NCBI GenBank assembly: GCA_026394395.1
Contig: JAPKYK010000001.1
Coordinates: 223,940-287,939 of the forward strand
DNA length: 64,000 nt
From: Methanomassiliicoccales archaeon
GTDB lineage: Archaea > Thermoplasmatota > Thermoplasmata > Methanomassiliicoccales > UBA472
Reading direction: 5' to 3'
Below the pieces are notes generated by a model. The model ran no database searches. It worked only from the letters and a program-made list of their open reading frames with translations, and had not been told where the DNA came from. This document shows, piece by piece, positions 20,488 to 29,736 of this stretch. How positions within the stretch are numbered: position 1 is the first letter of the stretch; each line of letters opens with the position of its first letter. Made by a program: the position numbers and the translations under genes.

Positions 20488-21844
20488 CCCCTTCGATACC
20501 GGAGAAGGCGTCACGGTGCGCGTCCTCCTCGAATATCGCACGTCCGGTCTCGCCCCTAATGCGGCGCACCTCGCGTATCCCCATGGCGCCAAGCATCTCC
20601 AACATCTGGTCCCTCCAGGCGCTGCAGAGGTTGGTCACCCTCTGCCTGGCAAACTCCTGTGGCGCATTCTTCACGTCGGCCGTGCAGTCCTTACCGCACT
20701 CCGCGCAGGCATGGCAGCCCAGGGCCACCTTCATCGCCCTCTCCAGCGTCACCGCGTCGGCTCCGCAGATGATGCTCTTGGGTACCATCTCCGCCGCGGC
20801 CAGTCCGCCGGAGGATATGATGGTCACACTATCCCGGAGACCGACGGAGACCAGGTGCTTATGCAGTTTGCGCATGGCGTCCCTGGCGTACGCACCGCTT
20901 CCGTCCATCCCGCTCTCCTCGAAGAGGACGTGCAGCACGTCGGCCTCTTTGGCCATCTCGTCCACGGTGGACGGAAGGTCCGGCGACGATCTCAACCGTA
21001 TGCCGACCAGCAGTCCCGGCCGCTTGGCCTTGAGGTCCTTCAGCACCGCCTTCCAGTTGTCGGCGGGCTCTATCTCCACCATGCGCACGTGGGGCGAAAG
21101 GCGGTCCAGGTCGGCCGGCCCGGATATTATGGGCACCAGCATCTCGGCCTTGATCTCCCCGCCCAATTTATCCATCAGACCGATGGACAGAACCAGCAGC
21201 GTCCCCAGCTCGCTGGCGGCGCCGGCGATGCCTTTCATCACGGCGTCGGTTACATCCAAACGAGAGACGTCCAGTAGGAACGGGACCGGAAGGTCGACGA
21301 TCGTGCCCATGTCGGTGAGGAGACGCCTTTGCTCATCGAAGGTCAGGACGGAAGGCTTGCGCCCGATGTCCACGGCGGTGGAGATGAACTCCCTTCCGTG
21401 TATGCCGTCCCTGGTGGGGCGGACGATCTCGGACATGTCCGTCCACATGGCGTCGAAGCCCGGTCCGGAGAAAGTTCCGCGGTACCCAGCGCCCAGCACC
21501 GGGATCTTGGCGTTCTCCGCCTCGTTCCACATGGTGGTCACGCGCACCGGGGTCCAAACGCCGTTCCCGAGAGCCTTGAACTCCTCGTTCACCTTGATGG
21601 AGAGCGCTCTCTGCGGGCACTCGACGACGCAGCGGAAGCAGTTCTTGCACAGCATGCTGTCAGGCTCGGCCATCTTCCGCGGGTCGTTCGCATCGCGCTT
21701 GTGCGCGTCGTACACGCAGGCCCTCTCGCACTTCCCGCAATTGATGCAGTTATCCGCCCGATGCACCAGGAACTTAGGAACTGGCTTATGCCGTCCGGGT
21801 ATCACTTCGGTGTGGATGTGGTAGCGCTCATACACGGCGCTCAC
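20471..21844 (-). CDS. Divergent GltS-FMN-domain paralog with N-terminal ferredoxin motifs
   Basis: CINCGKCERACV and CKNCFRCVVECP are present. The C-terminal SSGGLAAAEMVPKSIICGADAV..GCHACAECGKDC aligns with the FMN-domain tail. QGAKPG and GEGG are absent. GTG start at 21844 (or 21835) overlaps the upstream gene. Confidence 0.7.
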   Translation of the reverse strand: MSAVYERYHIHTEVIPGRHKPVPKFLVHRADNCINCGKCERACVYDAHKRDANDPRKMAEPDSMLCKNCFRCVVECPQRALSIKVNEEFKALGNGVWTPVRVTTMWNEAENAKIPVLGAGYRGTFSGPGFDAMWTDMSEIVRPTRDGIHGREFISTAVDIGRKPSVLTFDEQRRLLTDMGTIVDLPVPFLLDVSRLDVTDAVMKGIAGAASELGTLLVLSIGLMDKLGGEIKAEMLVPIISGPADLDRLSPHVRMVEIEPADNWKAVLKDLKAKRPGLLVGIRLRSSPDLPSTVDEMAKEADVLHVLFEESGMDGSGAYARDAMRKLHKHLVSVGLRDSVTIISSGGLAAAEMVPKSIICGADAVTLERAMKVALGCHACAECGKDCTADVKNAPQEFARQRVTNLCSAWRDQMLEMLGAMGIREVRRIRGETGRAIFEEDAHRDAFSGIEGGAKVD

Positions 21845-23786
21845 CTCCCATGCCGTTCTTGGGCGCCCCCAGCACCAGGCCGCGGGAGATCATCTCCTCG
21901 TAGTGCGGGCTGACCTCGGCCAGGCGGACGAAGCGCTCTATCTCCACGGCGTCCTTTCCGTACTTCTTCTCCAGGCGGGCCTCCAGCTCCTCGTACGCCG
22001 GTATCAGGTCCAGCTTGGACTGGCAGACCTGCTCGCAGGCCTTGCACCTCATGCACAGGAAGGCTCGGTGGGCGTGCTCCTTGGTGATCTCCTTCCCCTC
22101 GGCCATGGCCTTGGCCGTCAGCAGCTTGCCGCGGGCGGTGACCCTCTCGTCCTTGGTCAAGGCGTACGCCGGGCAGACGCTCACGCAGGCACCGCACATG
22201 GCGCACTGGTTGGCCATCTCCACCAGCACGTCCCGTTTCCGGGGCCCCATGGCCTTGCGGGAAACAGAGGAGAGCGAGCGGAAAACGAGGCCCAGCGGCG
22301 CGTGCAGCCGGGCCATGAACCGGAAGCCCGTTCCCGAGCCCAGGGGGCTGAAGACCAGGCCGGCGGCGCCGAACATTCTACCTTTCAAGGCGAAGTACTT
22401 GCCCGGGTTCATGACGTTGGTGGGGTCCAGTTTGTCCTTGGCCTTCCTCAGCCTCTCCCTCTCTTCCTCCGGCCAGTGGTCGGCGAAGGAGTTGTTCCAG
22501 ACGCCCAGGGAGTACGGTCGCGCCCCCAGCCCGATGAGGGAGGAGGTCACCACCATGGACTTGGCGGCGTCCAGGGTATACAGCGACTGGTTGACCTGGT
22601 CCGTTAGATAGTAGCAGAGCAGTAGCGATTCTCGGCCCTGCATGAAATGCACCTCGAGCAGGGGGTCCAGGTCGAACTCCTGGCAGAGGTCCTCGGCCCG
22701 GTGCAGTATGGCCTTGAGGTTGGACATGGGCGCCAGCACCTCCGCCCCGAGCATACCTGGGCCGAGGCGGCGCAGCTTCATGGGGAAGGAGCGCTCGTGC
22801 CACAGCAGGCGGGCCTGGTACGCCGGTTCCTCCTTGATGCCCAACGAGGAGAGCAGATCCACGACGGCCTTCTCCGAGGCGGCGTCGGCGGAGGTGACCA
22901 GCAGTGCGTGTCCCTCCCCGAAGTGCTCCCCGTGCAGCAGCTTGTTGGCGTAGCGCAGCTTGCCCGGGGAGAAGTAGATGAGGTCCTCCGGCAACGGCGA
23001 CAAACGGCGCAGCCTCTCGGCCGCTTCGACGGCCGCATCAAGGTCATGGAAGAGCAGCAGATGCGATCTGGAGGCGCGGTCGATCTCCTTGACCTTGAGG
23101 GTGGCCTCGACGATCACGCCCAATTGGCCCTCGCTGCCGAACACCGCCTGGAACTCCTCCTGGGGCGGCTGCAGGGTGATGATGCCTCCGGGGGTGGCCA
23201 GCTTCACCGAGGTGACGATGCGGCTGAGGTGCCCCCCGCCCAGGGAGCCCACGCCTAGACCGCCGCCGCAGATCCAGCCGGCCACGGTGGAGAATCGGCT
23301 GGACGGGCAGGAGATGATGCGCAGCCCGTGCTGGGGCAGGGCGTGATCGACGTCCGCCCAGCGGCAGCCTCCCTGCACGCGGACACGCTTGTTCTTAACG
23401 TCCACGTCCAGCACCTTGTCCAGGTTGCCAACGTCCACCACGATGCCGCCGTTCACGGGGATGGAACCGCCGAAAGGCGAAGAGCCGGAACCGCGGGGGA
23501 TGACCGCCAGGCCGCGAGCCTTGGCGAACTCGAGGACGGCCATGGCCGCCTCAGAGGTAAAAGGCTGCGCCACAGCGTCCGGGGTGTATTGGATGAGAAC
23601 GTCCTTCAACAGCTGCGGCACATCGGCCTGGTCCCGGGAATAGAGGTCCCTCTCACCGTTGCCGACGACGACCCGTAGGTCGGGGGTGTTCAGCACATCC
23701 AGTTCTTTGGCCAGTCCCGAGGACATCTCCACCTTGGCGCGGAAACGTTCGGGCGTTATGGTCTGGCCGCCAGCGTTCGATTCCAT
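21828..23786 (-). CDS. FAD-linked oxidase (GlcD/D-lactate dehydrogenase-like) fused to a C-terminal 2x[4Fe-4S]-type module
   Basis: PCMH-type FAD-binding region (AVIPRGSGSSPFGGSIPVNGGIVVDV). The C-terminus has CAMCGACVSVCP and CMRCKACEQVC. First gene of the operon. Confidence 0.8.
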   Translation of the reverse strand: MESNAGGQTITPERFRAKVEMSSGLAKELDVLNTPDLRVVVGNGERDLYSRDQADVPQLLKDVLIQYTPDAVAQPFTSEAAMAVLEFAKARGLAVIPRGSGSSPFGGSIPVNGGIVVDVGNLDKVLDVDVKNKRVRVQGGCRWADVDHALPQHGLRIISCPSSRFSTVAGWICGGGLGVGSLGGGHLSRIVTSVKLATPGGIITLQPPQEEFQAVFGSEGQLGVIVEATLKVKEIDRASRSHLLLFHDLDAAVEAAERLRRLSPLPEDLIYFSPGKLRYANKLLHGEHFGEGHALLVTSADAASEKAVVDLLSSLGIKEEPAYQARLLWHERSFPMKLRRLGPGMLGAEVLAPMSNLKAILHRAEDLCQEFDLDPLLEVHFMQGRESLLLCYYLTDQVNQSLYTLDAAKSMVVTSSLIGLGARPYSLGVWNNSFADHWPEEERERLRKAKDKLDPTNVMNPGKYFALKGRMFGAAGLVFSPLGSGTGFRFMARLHAPLGLVFRSLSSVSRKAMGPRKRDVLVEMANQCAMCGACVSVCPAYALTKDERVTARGKLLTAKAMAEGKEITKEHAHRAFLCMRCKACEQVCQSKLDLIPAYEELEARLEKKYGKDAVEIERFVRLAEVSPHYEEMISRGLVLGAPKNGMGGERRV

Positions 23787-24002
23787 TATGATCTCACCTG
23801 AAACTATGACTGAAGAGAAGATGGTAGACGCTTGTTGTTTTTAAAGAAATTTATTAGTCATATGTCGAGGAATATCCAAATTTCTATACATATCGCTAAT
23901 TTTTAGGTATTTTATGAAGAATAGTACTATAAAAATAACCTTGATGACAGCATGCCTGGGCGTTCAGCCAGATGTTGCACCACCGTCCAAAGGTCCTGGC
24001 GG

Positions 24003-25196
24003 TCAGATGATGTGCAGTTCCTTCCCGATCTTCTCGAACTTGCCGATGGCGAAGTCGAGGTCCTTCTCGGTCAGAGCGGCGTTCATGATGGTGCGTATGC
24101 GCGCCTTGTCCTTGGCCACCATCGGGAACACTATCGGCAACGCGAAGACATCCTCCTGGTACAGCCTCTGGCTCAGCTGCCTGGCATTGGCGCTGTCCCC
24201 GACCATGACCGGGATGATGGGGGTGACGCTCTTGCCGGTGTCGAACCCCAGGTCCTGCATGGCTTTTCGGAAATAGTTCGTCCTGGCCCACAGGTTCCTC
24301 ACGTGCTGCGGCTCGTTCTCCAGCACGTCTATCGCCCCGATGCAGGCGGCCACCACCGCCGGCGGGTGCGAGCCGCTGAGGAGCCAGGTGCGAGATTTGT
24401 TGAGAGCGAAGTTCTTGAGGTCCAGGGAACCGGAGACGTGCCCGCCGACCACGCCGAACGCTTTGGAGAACGTGCCCATCTCCACCTGCACGCTGAGGTG
24501 GTCCAAATGGAAGTGGGAGACGATACCTCGTCCGCCCTCCCCCAGCACGCCCTCGCCGTGGGCGTCGTCCACGTAGAGCATGGCGCCGTGTTGCTTAGCG
24601 AGCTTGGCTATCTGGTCCAGCGGGGCCATGTCCCCGTCCATGGAGAAGACGCCGTCGGTGATGATCAGGATGCGGCGGTAGGCCGGCTGCTTCTTCTCGA
24701 TCTCCTCCAGTTTCAGGGCCAGGTCGCTGACGTCGCAGTGTTTGTAGATGGCCCTCTCCGCCGTCGATAATCGCACACCGTCAATGATGCTGCCGTGGTT
24801 GAGCTCGTCAGAGATGATGAGGTCGCCCTTCCCCACCAGCTGAGGTATGAGGCCAGAATTGGCGGCGAAGCCCGTCTGGTACACCAACGAGGCGGGGCAC
24901 CTCTTGAACTTGGCCAACCGCTCCTCCAGCTCCAGGTGCAGGTCCATGGTGCCCGCTATCGACCTCACGGAGCCGGAACCGACCCCGTGGCTCTCTACGG
25001 CCTTCTTGGCCAGCTCCTTCATGTGCGGGTGATTGCTCAAGCCCAGGTAGTTGTTGGAGCAGAACATGAGCACCCTCTTCCCGTCGACCTTGCACCACGG
25101 CGTGCTCGCCCCTTGCAACTTGGCGATGCGCCAGTCCAGCGATTGGTCGACCAGGTCCTGGTACTCTTGCTTGAGGAATGAGGCGGGATCTCTCAT
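24003..25196 (-). CDS. kbl: 2-amino-3-ketobutyrate CoA ligase (glycine C-acetyltransferase)
   Basis: Trimmed to ATG 25196 (MRDPASFLKQE; 397 aa). Has SNNYLGLSNHP and the PLP-lysine region GTFSKAFG. Adjacent to tdh. Confidence 0.85.
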   Translation of the reverse strand: MRDPASFLKQEYQDLVDQSLDWRIAKLQGASTPWCKVDGKRVLMFCSNNYLGLSNHPHMKELAKKAVESHGVGSGSVRSIAGTMDLHLELEERLAKFKRCPASLVYQTGFAANSGLIPQLVGKGDLIISDELNHGSIIDGVRLSTAERAIYKHCDVSDLALKLEEIEKKQPAYRRILIITDGVFSMDGDMAPLDQIAKLAKQHGAMLYVDDAHGEGVLGEGGRGIVSHFHLDHLSVQVEMGTFSKAFGVVGGHVSGSLDLKNFALNKSRTWLLSGSHPPAVVAACIGAIDVLENEPQHVRNLWARTNYFRKAMQDLGFDTGKSVTPIIPVMVGDSANARQLSQRLYQEDVFALPIVFPMVAKDKARIRTIMNAALTEKDLDFAIGKFEKIGKELHII

Positions 25197-25254
25197 AGAA
25201 CGTCTCCGGAGGCCGGAGCGGTTCGCCCGCCAATTAAGCTTTCCCTCGGCCAGT

Positions 25255-26217
25255 TCAGAGTCTGCCCTGCTCCTTCCTCTTTCGGAGCCGGGCGAACATA
25301 TCGTCGGCCAGGCGGTCCAGGTTCCACTCCGCCTTCCAGCCCCAGTCCTTTGTAGCACGTGAGTCATCCATGGAGTCCGGCCAGGAATCGGCGATGACCT
25401 GGCGGAAATCAGGCTGGTACTCTATCTTGAATCCCGGGCTGCGCTTGGCGACGATTTTCGCCAGCTCCGCGGCGGAGAAGCTCAGCCCATTAAGGTTGTA
25501 GGCCAGGCGAGTGCTGAGGTCCTTCGTGGGCGCCTCCATGACGCTGATGGCCGCGTTGATGCAGTCGGGCATGTACATCATCGGTAAGACGGTCATCTCG
25601 TTCACGAAGCAGGTGTACTGGTTCTTGCGCACCGCCTCGTAGAAGATGGCGACCGCATAGTCCGTCGTCCCGCCGCCCGGGGGCGTCTCCGCGCTGATTA
25701 TGCCCGCGTAACGAACGCTACGGACGTCCACGCCATACTTACTATGATAGTAATCGCATAGGAGCTCCCCGGCGACCTTGGTCACGCCGTACATGGTGGT
25801 GGGTTGCAGGACGGTATCCTGAGGCGTATTCACGTGAGGACAGTTGTTGCCGAAGACGGCGATAGAACTAGGCCAGAAGACCTTGATGTTGCGCTTGCGG
25901 GCGATCTCGAGAACGTTGATCAGCCCATTCATGTTAAGGTCCCAGGCGAACTGGGGATCTTTTTCACCGATGCCGGAAAGGACCGCGGCCAGGTGGTATA
26001 TGGTGCCGATGTCGTACTTCACGCACAGGTCGTCGATCTGCTTGATGTCGAGGATATTGGCGGTCTCGTAGGGACCGGCCTCCGCGAGCTCCTTGGAGGG
26101 AGCGCGGCTGTGGCCGACGGCTATGACGTTGTCGTTGCCGTACCTCTTTCTCAGTTCAACGATCAGTTCAGAACCGATCTGGCCGGTCGCGCCAGCTACC
26201 ATTATCTTTCTGCTCAA
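25255..26217 (-). CDS. tdh: L-threonine 3-dehydrogenase, SDR/epimerase-type
   Basis: IMVAGATGQIGSEL Rossmann motif, about 320 aa, extended-SDR fold. Sits directly upstream of kbl, the classic Thr-to-Gly pair. A TTG start at 26217 is favoured over ATG 26202, which would truncate beta-strand 1. Confidence 0.8.
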   Translation of the reverse strand: MSRKIMVAGATGQIGSELIVELRKRYGNDNVIAVGHSRAPSKELAEAGPYETANILDIKQIDDLCVKYDIGTIYHLAAVLSGIGEKDPQFAWDLNMNGLINVLEIARKRNIKVFWPSSIAVFGNNCPHVNTPQDTVLQPTTMYGVTKVAGELLCDYYHSKYGVDVRSVRYAGIISAETPPGGGTTDYAVAIFYEAVRKNQYTCFVNEMTVLPMMYMPDCINAAISVMEAPTKDLSTRLAYNLNGLSFSAAELAKIVAKRSPGFKIEYQPDFRQVIADSWPDSMDDSRATKDWGWKAEWNLDRLADDMFARLRKRKEQGRL

Positions 26218-26399
26218 GTGAACACCTTTGATCGTGCGAATGTCCCCAAAACGCAGGATGCAGATTTATATTCTATCGAGTTGGAGTTCGATGGTCCCAT
26301 AATAAGGGCTGCATACAATGAGGATAAACCATAGATGATTGAGAAATGTGGAAAATTCATCTAAATAAACTCATATCATCTTATCGCTTTTACAGAAAT

Positions 26400-26855
26400 A
26401 TGGTTCATTACCAAAGAGATGGACGATCACCGATACCAGAATCGGAAACAACATCCCGGGTAATGAGCGCAAATCGTGGAAAGAACACTACACCAGAACT
26501 TAAGTTGAGAGGCGCATTAAGGAAAATCGGTCTACCCGGTTATAGGTTGAACTGGAAAGGAGCACCAGGACGTCCCGATATCGCATACCCACGTCTCAAA
26601 GTAGCTATCTTCGTCCACGGTGATTTTTGGCACAGATGCCCAGTATGTGCTCTTCCTCTACCTAAGACCCATACAGAATTCTGGGGGGCGAAGCTAGAAC
26701 GGAACGTGCAGAGGGATCAAAAGCGATTATCCCAGTTAGAGGCCGACGGTTGGAAGGTCTTTGTATTCTGGGAACATGAAATCAAGGCCGATGTCGATCA
26801 ATGTGCGGAAAAGATCAAAGCACACATCAAGGATCTCAATGCTTTTAGTAAATGA
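26400..26855 (+). CDS. vsr: Very-short-patch repair endonuclease
   Basis: RPDIAYPRLKVAIFVHGDFWH ... THTEFWGAKLERNVQRDQ ... GWKVFVFWEHE closely matches the Vsr signature. The start is ATG 26400 or 26346. Confidence 0.85.
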   Translation: MVHYQRDGRSPIPESETTSRVMSANRGKNTTPELKLRGALRKIGLPGYRLNWKGAPGRPDIAYPRLKVAIFVHGDFWHRCPVCALPLPKTHTEFWGAKLERNVQRDQKRLSQLEADGWKVFVFWEHEIKADVDQCAEKIKAHIKDLNAFSK

Positions 26856-26867
26856 TGCCCCGGTGTT

Positions 26868-27122
26868 TCATCCCATCTCGCGGAGTTTGCTTAGGACCTT
26901 TCTACCTTCCTCAGTAATTGTATATATCCTGTTCTTTGAGCTTTTTGGTGTCATGCATTTCAACAACCCATTCTCACTAAGCTCACCAAGTGCCCTGGAA
27001 ACATGAGGAAGGTGTTCACCAGTGGTATCTGCTATATTGGTTGGAGTTCTCGGTCCTTTCTCAAGGGCTTCAAGAACAGACCTTCGGGTCTTTCCCTGCA
27101 TAAATGATAGTAACTCCCACAT
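26868..27122 (-). CDS. Winged-helix (ArsR/TrmB-like) regulator, putative R-M controller
   Basis: 84-aa wHTH (RRSVLEALEKGPRTPTNIADTTGEHLPHVSRALGELSENGLL). Divergent from the putative REase gene across a repeat-rich spacer. Confidence 0.7.
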   Translation of the reverse strand: MWELLSFMQGKTRRSVLEALEKGPRTPTNIADTTGEHLPHVSRALGELSENGLLKCMTPKSSKNRIYTITEEGRKVLSKLREMG

Positions 27123-27156
27123 ACAAGGGATAATATCAACTCAGCTTTTACGAATT

Positions 27157-27216
27157 ATTACCATATTGTTACCATATGGTATTATTTAGGTAATTTAAGG
27201 ATATCATATTGGTAAT
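27157..27216. promoter_or_regulatory. Operator-like repeat cluster in the wHTH/REase divergent spacer
   Basis: TTACCATAT occurs at 27158-27166 and 27169-27177 (11-bp phase). Perfect palindrome TACCATATGGTA at 27170-27181. Inverted GGTAAT half-sites at 27189-27194 and 27211-27216, opposite ATTACC at 27157-27162. Confidence 0.4.
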
Positions 27217-27251
27217 AATGGATTTCGACCGTCAATAGCTGTCCCTACAAT

Positions 27252-28118
27252 ATGATGTGGGTTGCCTCTGAATGGGAAGACGTGCTTAGGACCGAAATTA
27301 TCTCGGGCACTCCAGAGAACGTATTGAAGAAGAGAATTCAGTTAATAAACGAAGCAATAGCATGGGAAGGTTCGATAGAGGCCCCTAGAGAACATGTGGT
27401 TGGTCATAGCAATGATGGGGCGATCTTGTCCTTTAAAAAACCAGGTAAGGAAGCTAAGGCAGGTACCAATCCAAATGATATGAGGCCCACTATAAAATTC
27501 GGAGATAGCCCTCTCCCCTCACCTTCGTTCGCTTTTATATGGAAAGAGCTCACGAAAATCGCCGTTATCGATTTCGAGGCGTTCCGCGCAATTCTGATTT
27601 TGATATATCGTAGCGCCTATCTCTTGGACCATGAAGAAAATGGGGAGGGTCGTTTAAGGTACTCTCCAAGTCCGAAAATAAAGGAATGCATAACAGCATT
27701 GGACCATTTTGTCGGAGATAAGACAGAGTTTAGGAGCGTAGACGGATTGCTACGCTTCATCGACCTGTTGGGCTGGAATGAAGATGTGAAATACCACTCT
27801 TTCGAGGGCAAAGGGACCTTTACTGAAGGCAAGAACGCTGGAAAATCAAAGACAAAAATAGGTCGAGTAAACACGTTCCTAACATGCATCCGAATCCCAT
27901 TCGAAGTCTCAAATTTTATGAAGGAATATCAGATGGAGAGATCTGATGGAAAGATCACCGACTTCGACCAGCTATACGATATAATGCAGGACCTGATTAA
28001 TGGTCGGGGCGTGTGCCCGATTAGTATGGCAGATTTACCTGTTTATCTTAGCCCATATCTGACAACTAAAAATTCAGGGCAGTTCATCCTCAATCCACTT
28101 CAACGTACATTGATCTAA
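27252..28118 (+). CDS. Hypothetical protein; putative type II restriction endonuclease by context
   Basis: Lies 59 bp upstream of and co-oriented with the m5C methyltransferase. AT-rich codon usage. A possible PD-(D/E)xK-like stretch (FIDLLGWNEDVKYH). No family recognised. Confidence 0.4.
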   Translation: MMWVASEWEDVLRTEIISGTPENVLKKRIQLINEAIAWEGSIEAPREHVVGHSNDGAILSFKKPGKEAKAGTNPNDMRPTIKFGDSPLPSPSFAFIWKELTKIAVIDFEAFRAILILIYRSAYLLDHEENGEGRLRYSPSPKIKECITALDHFVGDKTEFRSVDGLLRFIDLLGWNEDVKYHSFEGKGTFTEGKNAGKSKTKIGRVNTFLTCIRIPFEVSNFMKEYQMERSDGKITDFDQLYDIMQDLINGRGVCPISMADLPVYLSPYLTTKNSGQFILNPLQRTLI

Positions 28119-28176
28119 TCAGTTTCATTGACCTTAGCAATAATGTTATTGATAGGGTCCGTCTTTCAGGGATTGG

Positions 28177-29529
28177 ATGCAACGGACCGTCATCGAGCTG
28201 TTCGCTGGTGTGGGTGGGTTCCATCTCGGACTTTCTAGAAGCGGCTGGAACGTCGTATGGGCGGACCAGTGGGAACCAGGAAAGAAGGAGCAGTGGGCGT
28301 TCCGATGCTATGAGGGGCACTTCAACAGCTCTGGCACGCAATGTGTGAACGAGGACATCTCCAAGGTTGATACCTCTGAAATGCCTCCTGCAAAATTGCT
28401 GGTCGGCGGGTTCCCTTGTCAGGACTACTCAGTGGCCACCTCGAATGCCCACGGTATCGAAGGGAAGAAAGGTGTTCTCTGGTGGCACATTGAAAGGCTC
28501 CTCAGGGACAACATCGATAGAGGAACAGCGATACCATACGTCCTACTGGAGAACGTGGATAGGCTTGTGAAGTCCCCATCTAAACAGAGAGGCAGGGACT
28601 TTGGAATAATCCTTTCATGCCTCAACAACCTTGGATACGTAGCTGAGTGGAGAGTAATCAACGCTGCCGATTACGGATACCCGCAAAAGAGGAGAAGAAC
28701 GTTCATCTTCGCCACACTAGCCAATGGCACGGTCGACAGGCTCTATTCTTCAAGGTCGGACGTCAAGGTCCTGACCAAGGACGGTTTCTTCGCCAAGGAG
28801 TTTCCCAGCGCACCCGTCAAGGGACAGAACGGCTCGTCCATCTGCCTTTTAGCCGACCTGGTCATGATGACCAAACAGTTCGAGTTCAATTTCGAGAATG
28901 CCGGGTTCATGAAGGACGGAAGGGTGTTCACTCTGAAGGTAAACACTACCCATGTCCGAGATAAAAAATCCGGAAAAGGCACCTTAGGAAGCATCCTCGA
29001 AAAAGATGTGGATGAAAAGTATCTGATTCCTCCGGAATGGATAGGTGATGAGGCCAACCGAGGGAACGAGGGGTTCAGAAATACCTGGAGATACTGCAAG
29101 GGCGCGAAGAACGAGGCCCGGGTCCATCGGAACGGACACGCCTATAGATATAATGAGGGAGGAATACCGTTCCCGGACAAGCTCGACGAGCCTTCAAGGA
29201 CCATGTTGACCATCGAAGGCAATCGTAGACCTAACCGGATATGTCACATCATTCCGGTCGACCCGGAAAAGAACCTCTATCGGGTCCTGACCCCGGTCGA
29301 GACCGAGAGATTGAACGGGTTCGATGATAATTGGACGGAAGGAATGCCGGAGAAGTGGAGGTACTTCTGCATGGGCAACGCCCTTGTGGTCGGCGTCATA
29401 GAGCAGATGGGCAGGCGATTGATGGAACTCGCTAAAGAAGCTGATAAAAATACATCTGGATCCCCTGCAAATAGGAAAAAAGGGGGAACGATCATAGGAC
29501 CACTGGACATATGCGATGGGTCAAATTGA
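28177..29529 (+). CDS. dcm: DNA (cytosine-5)-methyltransferase
   Basis: Motif I ELFAGVGGF, motif IV GGFPCQDYS, motif VI LLENV, motif VIII QKRRRTFI and motif X GNALVVGV. Confidence 0.9.
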   Translation: MQRTVIELFAGVGGFHLGLSRSGWNVVWADQWEPGKKEQWAFRCYEGHFNSSGTQCVNEDISKVDTSEMPPAKLLVGGFPCQDYSVATSNAHGIEGKKGVLWWHIERLLRDNIDRGTAIPYVLLENVDRLVKSPSKQRGRDFGIILSCLNNLGYVAEWRVINAADYGYPQKRRRTFIFATLANGTVDRLYSSRSDVKVLTKDGFFAKEFPSAPVKGQNGSSICLLADLVMMTKQFEFNFENAGFMKDGRVFTLKVNTTHVRDKKSGKGTLGSILEKDVDEKYLIPPEWIGDEANRGNEGFRNTWRYCKGAKNEARVHRNGHAYRYNEGGIPFPDKLDEPSRTMLTIEGNRRPNRICHIIPVDPEKNLYRVLTPVETERLNGFDDNWTEGMPEKWRYFCMGNALVVGVIEQMGRRLMELAKEADKNTSGSPANRKKGGTIIGPLDICDGSN

Positions 29530-29736
29530 AGCACTTTTTATATTTTATAAAAATTAAAATATTTCTGAGCACTCCCAACGGGAAGCACCCTCGTATGTAG
29601 CCAGTCAACATTTTCAAGGCCTTATCAAAATCGTGAAGACCTTCGAGCGACTTCCAGAAGCCATTTCCATTTTTTTCACAATAGTTTTAATTTGGGGCTA
29701 TCCCCATTCTGAACAATATTCAGGTCGGGCGAATTC

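Noticed and set aside
26281-26305. A GGAGTTCGATGGTCCC stretch resembling a tRNA T-arm, considered as a possible remnant attachment site at the left edge of the island.
   Set aside because: The flanking bases do not form a T-stem (GGAG versus GGTCC are not complementary), and there is no match to the tRNA-Glu 3' half.
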